From Candidatus Latescibacterota bacterium (GTDB taxonomy: Bacteria; Latescibacterota; UBA2968): a DNA stretch of 64,000 bases. Under the pieces are notes generated by a model. That model was given only the letters and a program-made list of their open reading frames with translations. It searched no databases and was not told the DNA's origin. The translations under genes were made by a program, and so were the position numbers. The stretch is taken from positions 1,984,001 through 2,048,000 of the forward strand of contig OZ242195.1 in the NCBI GenBank assembly GCA_965205975.1, given 5' to 3'. Positions 41,697 through 51,914 of this stretch are shown in pieces. Position 1 is the stretch's first letter. Each line of letters opens with the position of its first letter.

Positions 41697-42884
41697 GTGA
41701 AATTTTTTTTCAAAAGCACAATACTATTCGCGCTATTTGGCTTGATGACCTGCGGAGGAAAAAGTACAGATACACTGGGACCGGGAAACTCGGACAATCC
41801 TACTGACGCTTCTGGTGGGACAACATCCGGCAATACGCAAACCTCTGGCTCAATCAATCGCGCGCCGCAAGAAGGCGGTAATTTTCTCAGTGACTTTCCC
41901 AGAGACAGAATTTTATCGGGCGGCGTACCTCCCGATGGCATTCCAGCACTCACCGACCCTCCATTTGTCGAACTCACATCCAGCGAAGCCGCTTACCTCA
42001 ACGATGAGGACCTCGTGCTCGGCGTGGTCCTCAATGGTATAGCCAAAGCCTATCCCCACAACATGGGCTGGTGGCACGAAATCATCAACGACGTGGTTGG
42101 CGAACAACCCATTGTCGTGAGCTTTTGCCCACTAACGGGAACGGGACTCATCTTTAACGGACGAGGCAGCGACCAATCGCGCATCCATTGTGGGGTCTCT
42201 GGCTTACTATTCAACAACAACCTCATTATGTACGACCGCCGCCAACAGGGAATTCTATATCCGCAGATGATCCACATCCCGGTTGAAAGTGGAACCGAAG
42301 AATTACAACTCTTGCCCGTAATTGAAACCACCTGGCGCTACTGGAAACAACTCTATCCCGATTCCAAAGTCATCAGTGACAATACGGGCGTTTACGCACC
42401 CAGCAGATACCAGAGCTATCCCTATGGCGACTATCGAGATCCGAATACTGCGCCGCTTTTCCCCTCCTTCCCCAGTTTGCTCGACAATCCAACCGCGCAG
42501 ATATTCCCGCCCAAAACCCTCACACTGGGTATTCGTTTTGGCGAAACAGCCAAAGCCTATCCCTTTCCCACCATGGGAACAGAAGCCATCATCAACGACG
42601 TAGTCGCGGGCAATGCCATTCTCGTCGTCTATTACCACCAGGAGCAATACGCAATACCCTTTGATCGGGCGGTCGATGGTCAGACCCTCACATTTGAGAA
42701 AGCACTTCCCCGCGACACAGTCTATCCTTTTCTCCTGCGCGACCAGGAGACGGGCAGCACCTGGAACCTCAAAGGCGAAGCCATTGCCGGGCCACTCCAA
42801 AATAAGACCTTAGAACAACTACCTTCCCACAATGCCTTCTGGTTTGCCTGGGCAACCTTCTGGCAGAATACCGGAATTTATTAG
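41697..42884 (+). CDS. DUF3179 domain lipoprotein
   Basis: SGGVPPDGIPAL, AKAYP...WHEIIND, SFCPLTGT, SGLL...LIMYDR and FWFAWATF. GTG start after AGGAGG. Confidence 0.85.
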   Translation: MKFFFKSTILFALFGLMTCGGKSTDTLGPGNSDNPTDASGGTTSGNTQTSGSINRAPQEGGNFLSDFPRDRILSGGVPPDGIPALTDPPFVELTSSEAAYLNDEDLVLGVVLNGIAKAYPHNMGWWHEIINDVVGEQPIVVSFCPLTGTGLIFNGRGSDQSRIHCGVSGLLFNNNLIMYDRRQQGILYPQMIHIPVESGTEELQLLPVIETTWRYWKQLYPDSKVISDNTGVYAPSRYQSYPYGDYRDPNTAPLFPSFPSLLDNPTAQIFPPKTLTLGIRFGETAKAYPFPTMGTEAIINDVVAGNAILVVYYHQEQYAIPFDRAVDGQTLTFEKALPRDTVYPFLLRDQETGSTWNLKGEAIAGPLQNKTLEQLPSHNAFWFAWATFWQNTGIY

Positions 42885-42900
42885 ACAGACATATCCCTCT

Positions 42901-43791
42901 ATGCCCTGCTTTTATTGGCTCGTCCTCTTCATACTCTTGCCCCATACCGCTTATGCAGGTGCCTGGACACTTGCAAAAGGCCATCTCTGGGGCAAAATCA
43001 CCGGCATGGCGCAATCGACAAATGAAGAATATGTGGCCGTTGGCGGTGCAGGACGCGAACCCGATCTCAACCGCCTCTATGAACCCGGAGACCGCGCGCA
43101 CTATCGTGAAAATGGGCATTACAATTCACAAGCACTCTTTATCGACCTGTTTTACGGCCTGAGCGATCGCATCGACATCGGCATACAAATCCCCTACTAT
43201 CGCCGGGAATTTGAAAACGTCGGCTTCCGGCCAGCGAATATCGCATCGGGTTTTGGTGACATGCGAGGGATTGCCAAAATCAATATTGCACAAACCCCTG
43301 TTGTGGGCACAATAAAATTGGGCACCAAAGCCCCCACAGGCAAGTTTCAAAACCAGGATGGAATTATTTCCGCAGGTGAAGGGCAATGGGATTTTGAATT
43401 AACTGCACAAATCGGCCGATCTTTTTGGCCCTTTCCAATGTACGCCAACATTGATCTGGGGTATCGCGTCCGCCTGCAAAACAATACCACCAATTACGAC
43501 CCTGGCGACGAGTGGTTTTTAAACTCAGAAATAGGTTATAATCCCATCGACAAACTCATCATCATCCTCAAATTAGAGGGCATCAAAGGTAGGCCCTCTC
43601 GCGTATTGGGTCTTGAACTATCCAGCGATATCAGGCGCATTACCTATTTCGCGCCCACGCTCCTCATAGGCCCCTTTCAAAACCTGAGCCTCGAAACCTC
43701 GGTGCGTATAACAGTTGGCGGGCGCAATTTCCCCGCCGGCCATATATGGACCGCAGGGATTTCATACTCGGGTCCCCTGGATAAAATGTGA
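42901..43791 (+). CDS. Outer-membrane beta-barrel transporter (MetA-pathway/SphA-like), paralog 1
   Basis: Signal peptide AYA-GAWT, YGLSDRIDIG, GFGD and KAPTG. Confidence 0.65.
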   Translation: MPCFYWLVLFILLPHTAYAGAWTLAKGHLWGKITGMAQSTNEEYVAVGGAGREPDLNRLYEPGDRAHYRENGHYNSQALFIDLFYGLSDRIDIGIQIPYYRREFENVGFRPANIASGFGDMRGIAKINIAQTPVVGTIKLGTKAPTGKFQNQDGIISAGEGQWDFELTAQIGRSFWPFPMYANIDLGYRVRLQNNTTNYDPGDEWFLNSEIGYNPIDKLIIILKLEGIKGRPSRVLGLELSSDIRRITYFAPTLLIGPFQNLSLETSVRITVGGRNFPAGHIWTAGISYSGPLDKM

Positions 43792-43959
43792 CGCTACCCC
43801 GAACTCGGGTTTATGCATCTATCTACAATGTACTCGTTTACTCCATTTCCAAACATTTGCAAAATAGCCATCTTTTATTTATCTTCGCACCTGAGTAGTT
43901 TGAACAGCGGACTAACGCTGGGCTGCTTGTGGTAAAACACTTCATTAGAAAGGAAAAAA

Positions 43960-44853
43960 ATGAGCATTTCCACGCCACATTCTAACCCATGTATAAAGTT
44001 CCTTCTCGCCATCGCCCTCTGTGTCCTTTTACCGCATACTGCTTATGCAGGTGCCTGGACACTGCAAAAGGGCCATTTTTGGGGCAAAATTACAACCTTA
44101 ATTACATCGACCTCAGAAAGATATGACGCGGCAGGAAATACAGGTGGATTTGGACCAGCCGCTGCAGCAGCTGTATATAATTCACGGTCAGTATATCTCG
44201 ACTTTTTTTACGGCATAAACGACCGCGTTGACATTGGCATACAAATCCCCTTTATCAGCAATAAATATGATCACGACAATTTTAATTTTCCAGGTTTTAT
44301 TGCTCTGGACGCATCGGGTATTGGAGACGTTCGCGGATTTGCCAAAATCAACCTCGTGCAACAAGATGTTGTGGCAACCCTCAAATTGGGCTTCAAAGCC
44401 CCAACAGGCGCTTATGACGATGGGCAAGACCCCGCAGGTGTATATAAAAATGAGGGCATGTCCGTGGGATCGGGCCAATCAGATATTGACTTGATTCTGC
44501 AATTGGGCCGGTCTTTTTATCCCGCTCCCGTTTACGCCAATCTCGATCTGGGGTATCGTGTCCGCATGGAAAACAGTACCAGCGGATTTAACCCTGGTGA
44601 AGAGATAATTTACAATGCTGAAGTCGGTGTCACTCCCACCGACATACTCCTCCTCGCGCTCAAATTAGAAGGCATCGCTGGCGCAGAAGGCAGCAGGGGG
44701 AATGACGATATAGGCATCACGTATCTTGCCCCCACAGTGTTCATTAATGTGCATCAAAATGTGAGTATTGAAGCCTCGGTGCGCATCCCTGTTGCCGGAC
44801 GCAATTTCTTCGGTGGCCGCTTGTGGGGCATAGGGCTTTATTTTCAAAAGTAA
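43960..44853 (+). CDS. Outer-membrane beta-barrel transporter, paralog 2
   Basis: Shares LLPHTAYAGAWTL.KGH.WGKIT, DIGIQIP and YAN.DLGYRVR with paralog 1. Confidence 0.65.
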   Translation: MSISTPHSNPCIKFLLAIALCVLLPHTAYAGAWTLQKGHFWGKITTLITSTSERYDAAGNTGGFGPAAAAAVYNSRSVYLDFFYGINDRVDIGIQIPFISNKYDHDNFNFPGFIALDASGIGDVRGFAKINLVQQDVVATLKLGFKAPTGAYDDGQDPAGVYKNEGMSVGSGQSDIDLILQLGRSFYPAPVYANLDLGYRVRMENSTSGFNPGEEIIYNAEVGVTPTDILLLALKLEGIAGAEGSRGNDDIGITYLAPTVFINVHQNVSIEASVRIPVAGRNFFGGRLWGIGLYFQK

Positions 44854-44881
44854 TTCTGTAAATGCACAACGAGCAAATTTG

Positions 44882-44911
44882 AGCGGGCGGATATTTCGCC
44901 CGCTTTTTTTT
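44882..44911 (+). terminator. Rho-independent terminator
   Basis: AGCGGGCG-N7-CGCCCGCT followed by a T-run. Confidence 0.85.
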
Positions 44912-44912
44912 A

Positions 44913-46118
44913 TTACAAAATTACATGCTCACCACCCGTACTCAAACGCCCGTGATCCCAGGGCGTAATCCAATCTTCGGCAATATCCATTCCAAATCCC
45001 GGCGCATCCGACGGCACCAGATAGCCATCTTTTGGCACGGGCACGCCCGGCATCCGCGCTACCTCTTCCAGGGGCACTCCCACGGGTGTACTCAAATGAA
45101 ATTCACACAGAGTACACTCGGGCATCGCATAGCAAAAATGCTGCCCATAAGCCGAATTACAGCCCCCGTGCGGACTGCTCTTAATACCGGCGGCTTCGGC
45201 AATGTGGTGAATCTTCACGGCTTCGGTCATCCCCCCGCACCAGTGCAAATCGGGTTGCACCACATCCACACAGCGATTTTCCACGAGTTGGCGAAACGGA
45301 ATTCGCGTGTGGTGATCCTCGCCTGTTGCGATGGGGATCCAGGTCATAGCTTTTTTTAATTCAATATGTCCTTCGAGATCTTCTGGAAACAGCGGTTCTT
45401 CCATCCATCGCAATTCGTAAGGTCTGAGCCGCTCTCCCAGACGAATGGCAAACTCCACATCGTAAGCCATCACGGGATTGATCATCAACTCGGCATTCAC
45501 GCCCACAGTTTCTCGCGCAAGGGCGACCTTTTCCTCCATAATATTTATACCCGTGATACCCTGCTCGTAATGCACGGGATTTGTAATTTTAAACGCCTCA
45601 AATCCCAACTCCATCGACCAATCGAGATCATCGCCTGTACAATAACACCGAATTTTCTCTCGGGATGGTCCCCCGAGCAATCTGTAAACCGGCTGATCGA
45701 GCAACTTCCCCTTCAAATCCCACAAAGCCAGATCAATTGCACTTTGAGCGCAAGCAGACAACCCCAGCGACCCATGCCGTTTGGAAGCTCGCCACATCAT
45801 ATCGTTGAGATGCTCGGTAGCAAAACAGTCTCGTCCTTCCAATAACGGCGCGTAAAAAGCATCGACCAGTGCGGCAACAGGTTCGCCAAATCCCGTTCTG
45901 CCCAGCCCCCATGTACCATCCTCAGCCGTTATTTTAACCCAAACGCCTCGCCCGCCAATACCCGGCGACTTGCTCGGCACATCTGGCGGAAACTCCGGAT
46001 ATTTATTCATCGGTAGGCCAATCGGTGACGAATGCCGCCAGCTCGAACGGCGTGCGGGCGTTATCGGTTTCTGTTGTGGAATGGAAACATTCACTGCTTC
46101 AATGGACTTGATCTTCAT
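44913..46118 (-). CDS. Enolase superfamily sugar-acid dehydratase (L-rhamnonate dehydratase-like)
   Basis: SAIDLALWDLKGK, WMEEPL, TGED, QPDLHWCGG and SPHG. Confidence 0.85.
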   Translation of the reverse strand: MKIKSIEAVNVSIPQQKPITPARRSSWRHSSPIGLPMNKYPEFPPDVPSKSPGIGGRGVWVKITAEDGTWGLGRTGFGEPVAALVDAFYAPLLEGRDCFATEHLNDMMWRASKRHGSLGLSACAQSAIDLALWDLKGKLLDQPVYRLLGGPSREKIRCYCTGDDLDWSMELGFEAFKITNPVHYEQGITGINIMEEKVALARETVGVNAELMINPVMAYDVEFAIRLGERLRPYELRWMEEPLFPEDLEGHIELKKAMTWIPIATGEDHHTRIPFRQLVENRCVDVVQPDLHWCGGMTEAVKIHHIAEAAGIKSSPHGGCNSAYGQHFCYAMPECTLCEFHLSTPVGVPLEEVARMPGVPVPKDGYLVPSDAPGFGMDIAEDWITPWDHGRLSTGGEHVIL

Positions 46119-46130
46119 AATTCCTCCAAT

Positions 46131-46715
46131 TCATGCATTGAGCATATAGCCAAAAATGAGAAAGGCAACCCCGGCCCCCACAACACTACCCACCAAAACT
46201 TGAGATACAGAATGGGCCTGTAATACGAGCCGCGCCCACGAAACCAGACCCGCGGGAACAACCGCCCACCAATTGCCATAGAGCGCGACTACCACACCAC
46301 AGGCAGCCCAAAGCCCCATAGCGTGTAAGCTAATTTTCCACTGCATCGTTATCAAAAACGCGACGGTGCTCAGAACGGCGACACAGACCATCAGCGCATA
46401 TAGCGCAGGCGGCGAGTGTATGAGATAAAGAATACCAACACCCAGCCAGGAACTCGCGCAATAAAATAAAAGCGGTCGCAGTCGATCGCGGCGTTCTGGA
46501 ATAAACAACTCGCTAATCTCACCCCGACGGCGCAGGTACAATACCACACCCCAGGGCGCGAAAACAGAAAAAAAAAGCGCGACCAAAACACACAATACAA
46601 TCCAGGTACCCGAACCAGACGCCTCAAGGGATACCAGCACAATCACAACCCCCAGTACAAACACGGGATTTAAAACCCGAGAAACGCACATGGCAAACTT
46701 CTCTTTATCAATCAT
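46131..46715 (-). CDS. PAP2-like membrane protein
   Basis: Hydrophobic; WKISLH and WARLVLQAHSVSQV motifs. Start uncertain. Confidence 0.65.
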   Translation of the reverse strand: MIDKEKFAMCVSRVLNPVFVLGVVIVLVSLEASGSGTWIVLCVLVALFFSVFAPWGVVLYLRRRGEISELFIPERRDRLRPLLFYCASSWLGVGILYLIHSPPALYALMVCVAVLSTVAFLITMQWKISLHAMGLWAACGVVVALYGNWWAVVPAGLVSWARLVLQAHSVSQVLVGSVVGAGVAFLIFGYMLNA

Positions 46716-46875
46716 GAGTCTTCCCATCATTTTTAGACAAAATAATGAACCCTGCTCAGAAATCAAAACTCAAGTTTTGCTCTCGGATACGATACCTTGA
46801 CAACACCTTTGCATTAAACTATTTTGCTGACATTATCCACTGATTTGGCAAAGGGTTAGAAAAGAGGAGCATAAC

Positions 46876-47667
46876 ATGACACCTGAAACAGCCCTGAAAA
46901 CGCGGAAAAACATGCTCCGCGATGGGTACTGCGTCATAGACGATATTTTGACCGACGAGTTCCTCGAAGAACTGCGCGAAGAATCCGAGCGGTTAATTGC
47001 CAATCACATTGAGCATGAGGAATTTAGATATCAGGGTCAACACGTGAATGTGCGTGGTGAAGACAATCCGATCATCCAAAAACTACTCGACTGGGAACCA
47101 TCGCGGCGGGCACTCGAACAACTGGGCTTCGGAGATTTCCAAACCGGTGGCGGCATCATCCTCCTCACCAAAGAACCCAAAGGTCCACCGCTCTACTGGC
47201 ACCAGGACTGGATGCAATGGAACGATCCCATCAGTTGCTCACCATGGCCACAAATCATATTTCTGAACTACTATCTAACCGATACCGCAATAGAAAACGG
47301 CTGTTTGAAAGTCATCCCCGGCACCCACCTCAAGCGCATACCACTCCACGACCAACTGGTGCCCGCGCACGAACAGGGCGCCCGATTTATAGAAGAAACC
47401 CATCCCATCATGTTCAGCGACCACCCGGATGAGGTCAATGTACCCGTCTCTGCACGCTCGCTGGTATTGGGCGATGCCCGCATCCTGCACTCTGCCGGAA
47501 GAAATTATACAGATGAGCGCAGAACTCTGATTCTCGCCTGGCACAGACGCCCCACCATTGACGTACCAGACTACTGGGAAGGGGATATCCCCGAAGTCAT
47601 AGCCAACCGCGACCCCGATCAAAAGTACGAGGGATCTCGCCTCCCCGGCAAATACCTCAAACCGTAA
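46876..47667 (+). CDS. PhyH family dioxygenase
   Basis: DGYCVI, YWHQD, NGCLKVIPGTH and ILHSA. Confidence 0.88.
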   Translation: MTPETALKTRKNMLRDGYCVIDDILTDEFLEELREESERLIANHIEHEEFRYQGQHVNVRGEDNPIIQKLLDWEPSRRALEQLGFGDFQTGGGIILLTKEPKGPPLYWHQDWMQWNDPISCSPWPQIIFLNYYLTDTAIENGCLKVIPGTHLKRIPLHDQLVPAHEQGARFIEETHPIMFSDHPDEVNVPVSARSLVLGDARILHSAGRNYTDERRTLILAWHRRPTIDVPDYWEGDIPEVIANRDPDQKYEGSRLPGKYLKP

Positions 47668-47683
47668 AAGAAAAGGCTAAAAC

Positions 47684-48688
47684 ATGCAAGCCACAGCACT
47701 CATCGCCCATGAGGGGCCCACCTTTGCCTGCGAAGACATCATCCTTCCCGATCCACGCCCCGACCAAATCGCGGTACAAACCCGGTATTCTGGCGTCAGC
47801 ATCGGCACTGAATTTGCCGCCATCACCCGAAAGCTCGACTACGGTCCATATCCCCTGTGTACGGGCTATCAGGCCGTCGGCACTGTCGAACACGTCGGCA
47901 AAGATGCGGCCGGCTTTGCCGTTGGCGACCGCGTCTATTACCGCTGGAACCGCGTTTTCTCTCTCGCTTCATCTGGTCAGAAAGTCTCTGCCAGCCAGGG
48001 CGCGCACACCTCTGCCGCAGTCCTGGACACACAGGGACCGCGAGCCTTTGTCGCCCACCTGCCCAAAGGCGTCAATGAAGCCGCCGCCAGCTCATTTGTC
48101 ATGCCCGCCGTGGGCCTCAACGGTGTGGATATGGCCAACCCCCGAATGGGAGACCGCGTTGTCGTGTACGGCTGTGGTCTCGTCGGCCTGGGCGTCGTCG
48201 CTGCATGCAGCCACCGGGGCTGTGAAGTCATCGCCATAGACCTGGAGGCCAACCGCCTCGACATCGCGCAAAAACTCGGCGCCGATCACCTCATTCAGAG
48301 CACAGATGCAAACCAGGCTGTCCGCGACATCGCCCCCGACGGTGCCGATGTCGTCTTCGAATGCACGGGCATACCCGCCTGCATTGATCCGGCCATCGCC
48401 CTTTGCCGCACTCATGGCACCTTCATCCTTCAGGGCAACTACGGCCGCCACCCCATTTCTTACAATTTCTTACCGCCCCACGGAAAACGCCTCACCATGT
48501 ACTATCCCTGCAACGATGGTGAAGCCCCCTGCCGCCGCGCCGTCATCAAAAACATGGATACTGGCGTTCTTCCCTGGCACCATACCATCACCCATGAGGT
48601 CGCGTCCACAGATGCGCCGGAGCTTTACCGCGATATCCTCAACGGCGAAGACAAAAACATTATCGGTGCTGTTATTCGGTGGGTCTGA
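47684..48688 (+). CDS. MDR-family (zinc-binding ADH-like) oxidoreductase
   Basis: SGVSIGTE, GYQAVG, GCGLVG and DVVFECTG. Confidence 0.85.
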   Translation: MQATALIAHEGPTFACEDIILPDPRPDQIAVQTRYSGVSIGTEFAAITRKLDYGPYPLCTGYQAVGTVEHVGKDAAGFAVGDRVYYRWNRVFSLASSGQKVSASQGAHTSAAVLDTQGPRAFVAHLPKGVNEAAASSFVMPAVGLNGVDMANPRMGDRVVVYGCGLVGLGVVAACSHRGCEVIAIDLEANRLDIAQKLGADHLIQSTDANQAVRDIAPDGADVVFECTGIPACIDPAIALCRTHGTFILQGNYGRHPISYNFLPPHGKRLTMYYPCNDGEAPCRRAVIKNMDTGVLPWHHTITHEVASTDAPELYRDILNGEDKNIIGAVIRWV

Positions 48689-48739
48689 GGGCAAATAGAC
48701 GAATGGTAACACACACTGATTTTGGGAGGATGGGCGGGG

Positions 48740-48767
48740 TTCGTTGATTCGTTGATTCGTTGATTCG
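48740..48767. repeat. Tandem octamer TTCGTTGA x3.5
   Basis: Seen directly, just upstream of the AAGGAG RBS. Confidence 0.8.
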
Positions 48768-48783
48768 CAAAGGAGCAATCACA

Positions 48784-49836
48784 ATGGACAACTTAAAAGT
48801 TGGAATTATCGGCCTGGGTGGCATTGCTCGATCTCACTGCGATGCCATTGAAACCCTGGACAATGTCGAAATCGTCGCCGTTGCCGACCTCATTGAGGAA
48901 AAACGCCGCGAATACATGGGCAAATACGACATTCCCAAAAGCTATCCCTCCCACACCGACCTCTTGAAGGACCCCGAAATCAATGCGGTCGCCATCACTC
49001 TGGGCCACCAACTCCACCATCGCCTCACCGTTGACGCTTGCAATGCCGGCAAACACGTCCTGGTAGAAAAACCCATGGCCATCAGCCTGGAACAGTGCGA
49101 CAACATGGTCGCTGCCGCCGCCGATAATGGGGTCAAACTCATGGTCGGCTTGACGCAGCACTACTACGGCACCAGCATCAAAGCAAAAGAAATACTGGAC
49201 TCTGGCGCACTGGGACCCGTCATCACCGCCGTGTGTTACATGTCCAAAAACTGGAGCTATGCCGGTCGCCGTCCGCAGTACCGTAGCCGCTACCACGGCG
49301 GGGGCATGTGGTTGACCAATGGCGTACACGTAGTAGATCGGCTCACCTGGATGATCGGCTCACAGGCAGTATCCGTCTCAGCCGCTATTGGAACCCGCGC
49401 CCACTATCAGGCCGCAGATGACTCTGCCACGGCCTTTATCCGTTATAAAAATGGTCTGGCAGGCATTGCCGTAGCCGTTGGATTTGCAGATGGTGCGCCC
49501 GACTACGAATGCCAGGTTATCTGTGCAAATGGCACATTGCGCTTTACCGAACACGGCGACAAATACGTCAAAGTCGGAAAAAACAATCAATGGGAAAGCG
49601 TCCCTTTCGACGAGCCGCCCTCGACCATGCACAACGAGTGGAAAGCCTTTGCCGAAGCCATCGCCCTGGATATTGAACCACCCACCCACGGCGAATGGGC
49701 GCGTCACATTATGGAAATTTTATTCGCCGCCGAACAATCTGCCATCACCGGTCGAGAAGTCGCATTGGAAAGCGGACCGGGCTGGTTCAACCAGCGCTCT
49801 GGCTCGCCCGTGACAACGCAACACGGCTGGATATGA
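48784..49836 (+). CDS. Gfo/Idh/MocA family oxidoreductase
   Basis: VGIIGLGGIA, GKHVLVEKPMA and GGG...NGVHVVD. Confidence 0.92.
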   Translation: MDNLKVGIIGLGGIARSHCDAIETLDNVEIVAVADLIEEKRREYMGKYDIPKSYPSHTDLLKDPEINAVAITLGHQLHHRLTVDACNAGKHVLVEKPMAISLEQCDNMVAAAADNGVKLMVGLTQHYYGTSIKAKEILDSGALGPVITAVCYMSKNWSYAGRRPQYRSRYHGGGMWLTNGVHVVDRLTWMIGSQAVSVSAAIGTRAHYQAADDSATAFIRYKNGLAGIAVAVGFADGAPDYECQVICANGTLRFTEHGDKYVKVGKNNQWESVPFDEPPSTMHNEWKAFAEAIALDIEPPTHGEWARHIMEILFAAEQSAITGREVALESGPGWFNQRSGSPVTTQHGWI

Positions 49837-50927
49837 AAATTTTATTTGTCGCGCAGTATGGCCCCTTAGCTGCCAGCAGCCGTACGCGGGTTTTCGATTA
49901 TTTGCCCCTGTTGCGTAGAGTGGGCATCACCTGTGATGTCAAAGTCGTAACCCCCGATGACCTGGTCAAACGCAATACCAGAGGGATTTTCTCGCGTCTT
50001 CTGTACTATGTCCTATCCTATTTTCGCGCCCTATGGACGGGATGGGTTTGCGTGTTTACAGCACCGAAATACGACGCTATATTGCTTCAAAAAGTGTTAT
50101 TTTCATTTCCCATACCGCGCCTGTTGCGCCGACACAGGCACAAAATATTTTACGATTTCGACGACGCTATCTTTACACTTGAAAACTCCAACGCGGGATG
50201 GATCAATCGGTTGCGAACCCGACGGCGTGCAATGGGCGTACCCGCGATGTTGCAAACCGCACACTACGCCATCGTAGAAAATGCCTACACCGCTGAATTT
50301 GCAGCCCGTTATTGCCATCATGTTTCACAAATCACGGGGCCTATTGATACTGCGCGTTATATCCCCCAAAAAAAAGCAGCGGTCGAGAAAGTCGTATTGG
50401 GATGGATTGGAAGCCAGTGGACAACGCGGTATTTGGACTTGATTCGAGACCCATTGGTCGCTCTTTCGCGGCAATATCCCAATTTGGAATTGCGCTTGAT
50501 TGGTGCGGGTGACTTTGATGTATCCGGCCTACAAATCGCGCGCATGGACTGGACACTGGAAACCGAAGTTGTTTATTTGCAGACATTTGACATTGGCTTG
50601 ATGCCCCTACCCGACGATCCTTTTACGCGGGGCAAAGGGGGGTATAAATTGCTGCAATACATGGCCTGCGGATTGCCCGTGGTGACGAGTCCCGTCGAAA
50701 TCAACCGCGAAATCGTCACCCATGGAGAAACCGGATTTTGGGCTGAGACAGATTCTGAATGGATTGAATTTTTGAGTACGTTGATCGAAAATAAAACCCT
50801 GCGTAATCGCATGGGGGCTGCTGGCCGCGCCCGTGTGGTTGCACATTACGCACTCGAAAAAAGTAGCGAACAACTGCTGGCCCTCCTGCAGCGGAGCATA
50901 CACCAATGCGACACGCTTTCACAGTAG
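49833..50927 (+). CDS. Glycosyltransferase family 4
   Basis: ASSRTR, YDFDDAI, GWIGS, DIGLMPL and KLLQYMACGLPVV. ATG overlaps the previous stop. Confidence 0.9.
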   Translation: MKILFVAQYGPLAASSRTRVFDYLPLLRRVGITCDVKVVTPDDLVKRNTRGIFSRLLYYVLSYFRALWTGWVCVFTAPKYDAILLQKVLFSFPIPRLLRRHRHKIFYDFDDAIFTLENSNAGWINRLRTRRRAMGVPAMLQTAHYAIVENAYTAEFAARYCHHVSQITGPIDTARYIPQKKAAVEKVVLGWIGSQWTTRYLDLIRDPLVALSRQYPNLELRLIGAGDFDVSGLQIARMDWTLETEVVYLQTFDIGLMPLPDDPFTRGKGGYKLLQYMACGLPVVTSPVEINREIVTHGETGFWAETDSEWIEFLSTLIENKTLRNRMGAAGRARVVAHYALEKSSEQLLALLQRSIHQCDTLSQ

Positions 50928-51733
50928 ATGTCGAAGATTGGTATCAGGGCATCCCGATCTCCAATCAAATGTCCGTGCAAAGCGAGCCACGCCTTGAGAG
51001 AAGTTGCCATCGCTTGCTCGATATAATAGCAGAATATGATGTTCGCGGTACATTCTTTATTCTGGGACCCGTGGCACAACATTATCCCCACTTAATACGC
51101 CGCATAGCCGATGAAGGTCACGAATTGGGATGCCACGGTTGGTCTCACGATCTGGTCTATGAAATGACGCCTGAGCAATTTCGAGAAGAAACACAGCGGG
51201 CTACTGCTGAGATCTCCAATATAGCGGCACAACCCGTAACCGCCTATCGCGCGGCCTACTTCTCCATTACCGCGCGATCATTGTGGGCTCTGGATATTTT
51301 GGCAGAACTCGGCTTTCAGTGCGATTCGAGTATTTTTCCCGTGCATAACTGGCGTTATGGGATTCCCGATTTTGATTTGGCTCCCCGTATTGTAAAAACC
51401 GCGTCGGGATCAATTTGCGAAATTCCAATATCTGTGCGCGAAGTGGGAAAAATGCGATTGCCCGTAACCGGAGGCGCGTATTTCAGGCTATACCCCTATT
51501 TTGTGAGCCGCGCAAATATGCGAGCCGTGAGCAAACAACAGCGGGCTGTAGTCTTTTATCTGCATCCGTGGGAACTCGACCCCAATCATCCACGGATCGC
51601 ATTTTACTGGAAAGCGCGTTTGACGCACTACGCGAATTTGAAAGCAACAGAGCCTCGATTGCGACGATTATTGACCGATTTCTCTTTTTGTCCGCTGCGT
51701 GAAATTGCAGTACAAATAAAAAAAGATAGATGA
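50906..51733 (+). CDS. Polysaccharide deacetylase (DUF3473, PEP-CTERM-locus type)
   Basis: FTVDVEDWY, TFFILG, GCHGWSH, GGAYFRLYP and FYLHPWE.DP. Confidence 0.88.
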   Translation: MRHAFTVDVEDWYQGIPISNQMSVQSEPRLERSCHRLLDIIAEYDVRGTFFILGPVAQHYPHLIRRIADEGHELGCHGWSHDLVYEMTPEQFREETQRATAEISNIAAQPVTAYRAAYFSITARSLWALDILAELGFQCDSSIFPVHNWRYGIPDFDLAPRIVKTASGSICEIPISVREVGKMRLPVTGGAYFRLYPYFVSRANMRAVSKQQRAVVFYLHPWELDPNHPRIAFYWKARLTHYANLKATEPRLRRLLTDFSFCPLREIAVQIKKDR

Positions 51734-51914
51734 GGTCATCGGAACCTATCTACGAGCGGTGTGTTTCGCTTTAGGTTTCTGATTGCCTTTAAGCATTCGA
51801 GACCTTATATTTACATGTTTTTGGGTGGGGTACTGTGTCCTGGGATGTATAAAGAGTGGGAATTGTATTTGTCGGAAGATATGCCCTGCTCGGCAATGGG
51901 AAAGGAATGAATAC

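Noticed and set aside
42110..42150. Selenocysteine in the DUF3179 protein
   Set aside because: The motif is encoded as Cys (TGC) and there is no in-frame TGA.
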